DNA of 64,000 nt from Bdellovibrionales bacterium (GTDB taxonomy: Bacteria > Bdellovibrionota > Bdellovibrionia > Bdellovibrionales > UBA1609). The stretch spans positions 64,001-128,000 of the forward strand of contig JAWLHR010000002.1 of the NCBI GenBank assembly GCA_041690295.1, in the 5' to 3' direction. The notes beneath the pieces are model-generated. The model was given only the letters and a program-made list of their open reading frames with translations. It did not search any database and had not been told where the DNA came from. Shown here in pieces: positions 59,770-64,000 of the stretch. Position numbers and translations under genes: made by a program. The number at the start of each line of letters is the position of its first letter. The stretch's first letter is position 1.

Positions 59770-60863
59770 TGGCCCGGCGGACCCGCGTACAGATCGATTG
59801 CGAAGCCTTAAGAGAAAACTTACGGCGGCTGATGAAAATCAATGGCACAAGTTTTTTTTGCCCAATGATCAAAGCCAACGCCTATGGACATGGAGTGGGA
59901 ATTGTCTCGCGCGTATTGCAGGAAATGGGAATCCAGGCCGCCGGTGTCGCGCTCTACGAAGAAGCGGCGGAAATCCGTGACTTGGGTTTTGATTTTCCCC
60001 TTTTGGTTTTCGGCCCCACCTCGAATGAAGACGCGAAATTAGCCGCGAAGTTGCGGGTGACACCAGTGGTGGGACGATTCGAAGATTTAGAGGCGCTGGA
60101 GTCGGCGGGCTTTAAGGGCGAGGTTCACCTTAAGTTCAACACGGGAATGCACCGTCTTGGGTTTGATGAAACCGATCTTCCCTCGTTGAAATCCAAGTCA
60201 TTTTCGTTTCGTGTGGCCGGTGTCTGCACTCACTTCACCCATGGTGAAGACGCGGGCGATGAGAACGGCCCCACCGCTCTGCAAGTGCAACGATTCTTGA
60301 CGATGGCGAAGGATTTTCCCGGAGTGCGACATGCCCATAAAAGCGCCACTTTGGCGACGATGACGGGATTAAAGAATCGTCATCCGGAAATCGGCGCCCG
60401 CCCGGGTATTTCAGTTTACGGTTTGCCCTATGAAGGGCGCGCCACCGGACCTGGACTGCAACCGGTGTTACGATGGGTGAGTGAGTTGGTGGATTTGCAC
60501 ACGGTTGAGCGGGGAGAGTCGGTTTCTTATTCGGCGCGCTGGACGGCCGAGCGACGCTCCATCGTGGGTGTCGTGGCCGTGGGCTACGGCGATGGATATG
60601 CACGAAGTTTATCCAATCAGGGTGAAATGCTGTTCCGAGGGCAAAAAGTCCCGGTGATCGGAAGCGTCTGTATGGATTATACTTTAGTTGATCTCACCGA
60701 CGCTTGCGCGGGACAAGACGCCCGTCTCGGTGAGGAAGTCGTGATGATCGGTCGGCAGGGGACGGCGGAAATCGCCGCCGCGGACCTAGCCGAGAAGATG
60801 AACACGACGGTTTATGAAGTGGTGGCCGGTATCGGCCCCCGTGTGAGGCGAGAGGAAAAATGA
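59769..60863 (+). CDS. alr: Alanine racemase
   Basis: IKANAYGHG, KFNTGMHRLG, GYGDGY and GSVCMD motifs. Confidence 0.96.
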   Translation: MARRTRVQIDCEALRENLRRLMKINGTSFFCPMIKANAYGHGVGIVSRVLQEMGIQAAGVALYEEAAEIRDLGFDFPLLVFGPTSNEDAKLAAKLRVTPVVGRFEDLEALESAGFKGEVHLKFNTGMHRLGFDETDLPSLKSKSFSFRVAGVCTHFTHGEDAGDENGPTALQVQRFLTMAKDFPGVRHAHKSATLATMTGLKNRHPEIGARPGISVYGLPYEGRATGPGLQPVLRWVSELVDLHTVERGESVSYSARWTAERRSIVGVVAVGYGDGYARSLSNQGEMLFRGQKVPVIGSVCMDYTLVDLTDACAGQDARLGEEVVMIGRQGTAEIAAADLAEKMNTTVYEVVAGIGPRVRREEK

Positions 60864-61702
60864 TTCAAGCGTGGAAACAACACCGCCAACGCGTGAACGA
60901 CATGATCGATGAGGCCTTCATCGCCGCATGGAAGGAAATTCACCGCTTCTTTTTCGACTGCGGACGCGCTTGCATCTTTTTCTGGGATTCAGTGAAGCTC
61001 ATTTTCCATGGCCCGTCCCGTATCGAGGAGATCGTCAAACACATGGAGTTCATCGGGAACCGCTCGGTGATCATCATCGCGCTCACGAGCATTTTCACCG
61101 GTATGGCGCTCGCCTATCAGATTTTTCTGGGATTCAAATTGGTGAACGCCACGAATTTAGTGGGGCCGACAGTGGGACTGGCGATCACGCGGGAATTAGG
61201 ACCCGTGTTAACCGGATTATTGGTGGCCGCGCGCGCCGGCGGGGCGATGGCCGCACGCCTTGGCACCATGCGTGTTTCCGAGCAGATCGATGCTTTGGAA
61301 GTGATGGGTGTGGATCCCAAACAATATCTGGTCGCTCCACGAATCGTCGCGGCCTTTTTGGCCATGCCCCTTCTCTGCGGAATTTTTGATTTCACCGCCA
61401 TGTTGGGAGCACATTTTTTGTGCATTAACGTGTTGGGTCTCGATCGCGCCATTTTCTGGGACAAGATTCAGTTGTGGCTGAATCCCGATGACATCTATCA
61501 GGGTATGATCAAAGCGGCGGTGTTCGGCTTGACTTTCGCCGCCGTGTGCACAAACAAGGGTTTCTTCGCCTCGGGCGGCGCCAAGGGCGTCGGTGAGGCG
61601 ACGAATCAAGGCGTGGTCAACAGCATGGTGCTCATCATCATTATCAATTCGTTCATGACCAACTTCATCCGCTTCTTCTATGTCATGATGGGATGGAAAT
61701 GA
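60860..61702 (+). CDS. mlaE: MlaE-family ABC permease
   Basis: RELGPVLTGLLVAARAG, LGTMRVSEQIDAL and GAKGVGEAT motifs. Confidence 0.93.
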   Translation: MIQAWKQHRQRVNDMIDEAFIAAWKEIHRFFFDCGRACIFFWDSVKLIFHGPSRIEEIVKHMEFIGNRSVIIIALTSIFTGMALAYQIFLGFKLVNATNLVGPTVGLAITRELGPVLTGLLVAARAGGAMAARLGTMRVSEQIDALEVMGVDPKQYLVAPRIVAAFLAMPLLCGIFDFTAMLGAHFLCINVLGLDRAIFWDKIQLWLNPDDIYQGMIKAAVFGLTFAAVCTNKGFFASGGAKGVGEATNQGVVNSMVLIIIINSFMTNFIRFFYVMMGWK

Positions 61703-62466
61703 ATCAGCGGGAAGAAGCGGCCATTCGCATTCGGGATTTGCGCAAAACCTTCGACGGGCGCGATTACGTTCTGAACGGAATTAATCTCGACATCCCGAAA
61801 GGTAAAATCACTTCGATCATCGGCTTCAGCGGAACGGGAAAAAGCGTATTGCTGAAGCATATGTTGGGTCTATTGAAACCCACGTCCGGCAAAGTCGAAG
61901 TGTTGGGGCGCGATATTTGGGAAATGTCCATGGAGGAATTGATTCAATTGCGCACGCGATTGGGCGTTTCATTTCAGTATTCGGCGCTTTTTGACGATAT
62001 GACCGTGATGGAGAATGTGATTTTTCCGCTGAAAGAACATCGTTTCGCTTTGGGACCAAAGAAGTGGGAAGAAATTGCCGTCCGGAAACTCGGCCAGGTC
62101 GGGCTCGAAGCGAAACACTTCCACAAACTTCCGTCGGAGCTGAGTGGAGGAATGCGAAAGCGTGTCGCTCTCGCGCGCGCACTGGCTTTGGATCCGGACA
62201 TTTTGCTTTATGATGAGCCCACGACAGGACTGGATCCCATTCTCACCGAGATGGTGGACGATCTCATCCATGACACGCACAAGAGTCGCGCCGGATCTAC
62301 GTCGGTGGTGGTCAGCCACGACCTTTTCGCGGCTTTCCGCATAAGCGATTATATAGTTATGCTGGATAAGGGCGGCGTGTTATTGGCCGGCACCCAGGAA
62401 GTTTTTCATAAATCCACCAATGAGTTTGTGAAGAAATTCCTGTCTAAAGGTTTCAAGCAGGGATAG
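61693..62466 (+). CDS. mlaF: MlaF-family ABC ATPase
   Basis: GFSGTGKS, LSGGMRKRV and YDEPTTGLDP motifs. Confidence 0.93.
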   Translation: MEMNQREEAAIRIRDLRKTFDGRDYVLNGINLDIPKGKITSIIGFSGTGKSVLLKHMLGLLKPTSGKVEVLGRDIWEMSMEELIQLRTRLGVSFQYSALFDDMTVMENVIFPLKEHRFALGPKKWEEIAVRKLGQVGLEAKHFHKLPSELSGGMRKRVALARALALDPDILLYDEPTTGLDPILTEMVDDLIHDTHKSRAGSTSVVVSHDLFAAFRISDYIVMLDKGGVLLAGTQEVFHKSTNEFVKKFLSKGFKQG

Positions 62467-62477
62467 GCATCCGGGAA

Positions 62478-63827
62478 ATGACTTGGTTAGGCAGTCCTGA
62501 ATTGAAAGTTGGCCTTCTGGTCGTGGCGGTGAGTGCGCTCATCGGCGCGATGGCGTTGAAGGTGGCTGAAGGCCCCGGTGTTCTGGCTGGCGCCAAGCGA
62601 TATCACTTCATCGTCGACAGCGCGGGCGGGTTGGTTCCCAACAGCGCGGTTAAAATGGCGGGAATCAAAGTCGGAATCATCAAGGACATCCGGCTCACCG
62701 ACGGTCGTGCGAAAATCATAATCCTTCTCGAAAATCACGCCAAGCTCACCGAGAGCGCGCGGGTGAAACTCCTGGCCGACGGTATCTTGGGCGATAAACA
62801 CGTCGAAATTATTCCTGGCAATCCGGACGATCCGCTGATTCCCTCCGGATCAGAGCTTCTCGTGGCTGAAGACTCCGGTGGCGGACTCGATGACGTGATG
62901 GCCGACGTGAGCCGCATGGCGAAGAACCTGAATGAGCTTCTTACCGTCCTGAGAAAAGCCGCGCAGGAAGGCGATGAAACCACTCCCATCGGGCGCATCA
63001 TTAAAAACATCGAAAACCTCACTGGTGACGTGGCGGAGATCACGGGTGAAAACAAGGAAAAGGTCGGCGAGATCGTCGATCGTGTGCGTAATCTGGCCAA
63101 GAACATCGACACCTACATCAACGAAGAAAGTTTGGCTCGGGTCGATCGCTCTTTACGTAACATCGAGGACATCACATCCAAGTTGGCCAAGGGTGAAGGT
63201 ACGCTCGGCCGCTTGATTAACGACGAAGCCACGGTGGAGGAACTCAATTCGGCGATCTCGAACGTGAACAAGTTTCTGGGCGGCGCCGAAAAACTTGAAA
63301 CCAGTGTCGACTTTCACAGCGAATTCCTCACCGGGCCGTCGGAAACCAAATCCTTTTTGGGTATAAAAATCCAGCCCGGGCTGGATCGCTATTATGAACT
63401 GCAGGTCATTGATGATCCGGAAGGTGTCAAGCGGTCCACTTTGACCACCACATCCACCAACGGCGGACCGGAAAACACCTACGAAGAGACCACGGTTTAT
63501 CGCAACAAGCTTAAAATCACCGCGTTGTTCGCCAAGAACTTTTGGAATTGGACGATCAAGGGCGGGATGATTGAAAGCGCCGGAGGCTTCGGCGTGGATT
63601 ATCACTTACTCAATAAAAAACTTCGGATCTCCGCTGAGATGTTTGATTTCAAAGACGCGCAGTTGCGCTTTTTCGCGCGCTACAATTTCTTGAGAGGCGT
63701 TTATCTTATCGCCGGCGGTGACAACCTTCTCGGCTCGAATGACGAGGACCCGACGGCCTTTGTCGGCGCCGGGATCTTCATCACCACGGATGACCTGAAA
63801 GTTCTCGCGAGCAAATTCGCGTTCTAG
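62478..63827 (+). CDS. mlaD: MCE/MlaD-family protein with helical and beta-rich C-terminal extension
   Basis: TM, AGGL..NSAVKMAGIKVG, GILGDKHVEI, GEGTLGRLIND. Confidence 0.88.
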   Translation: MTWLGSPELKVGLLVVAVSALIGAMALKVAEGPGVLAGAKRYHFIVDSAGGLVPNSAVKMAGIKVGIIKDIRLTDGRAKIIILLENHAKLTESARVKLLADGILGDKHVEIIPGNPDDPLIPSGSELLVAEDSGGGLDDVMADVSRMAKNLNELLTVLRKAAQEGDETTPIGRIIKNIENLTGDVAEITGENKEKVGEIVDRVRNLAKNIDTYINEESLARVDRSLRNIEDITSKLAKGEGTLGRLINDEATVEELNSAISNVNKFLGGAEKLETSVDFHSEFLTGPSETKSFLGIKIQPGLDRYYELQVIDDPEGVKRSTLTTTSTNGGPENTYEETTVYRNKLKITALFAKNFWNWTIKGGMIESAGGFGVDYHLLNKKLRISAEMFDFKDAQLRFFARYNFLRGVYLIAGGDNLLGSNDEDPTAFVGAGIFITTDDLKVLASKFAF

Positions 63828-64000
63828 TAGCGATAGCTCTGAGAGTACGGTCGGTGCACTCTCGGATAGAGCGCTTGAATGGCATTGATATCGTACGGTG
63901 TCAGCTCCGTGTTGTCGGACTCATCGTAGCTCATAATGGACCGTGTTCCATCGAACTTGTGATGGAGACCTAATAAATGGCCAAGTTCATGGGTGACCGT
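63824..64000 (-). CDS. Metzincin (matrixin-like) metalloprotease, C-terminal fragment (not in ORF track)
   Basis: Manual translation: TVTHELGHLLGLHH...SIMSY...DINAIQALY, stop at 63824. Confidence 0.85.
   Translation of the reverse strand, partial: TVTHELGHLLGLHHKFDGTRSIMSYDESDNTELTPYDINAIQALYPRVHRPYSQSYRY

Overview
64-kb bacterial chromosomal segment whose gene content points to a Bdellovibrionota (Bdellovibrio-like) genome; this taxonomy is an inference. Core functions present: the end of the dcw cluster (murG-murC-murB, an inserted TamA/TamB-like pair, then ftsQ-ftsA-ftsZ-lpxH), recN/nadK, an M3 peptidase, acyl-CoA ligase, a Ser/Thr kinase, coaE, AddAB, nadB, and an operon of HATPase sensor, degenerate GGDEF protein, alr and mlaEFD. 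The main accessory features are: (1) an AT-rich ~2.3-kb insert flanked by a perfect 125-bp duplication of the nadB 3' end, which looks like a circularly permuted DNA circle carrying a tRNA-Ser-type attP remnant; (2) two paralogous HUH/Y1 (RAYT-like) genes, both associated with a GGAGCGATGG motif that forms an irregular array upstream of one copy, plus a GTAG-ended perfect palindrome elsewhere; (3) an operon joining two Cys-rich prepilin-like genes to a split membrane spermidine-synthase-like pair with an altered acceptor site; (4) three TraF/PorV-like barrel genes clustered with two Cys-rich lipoproteins; (5) a regulator-linked cytochrome c, YceI and Cyc2-like cytochrome-porin module. No rRNA, complete tRNA, integrase or CRISPR-cas genes were seen. 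All product calls come from motif recognition by eye; no database searches were run.
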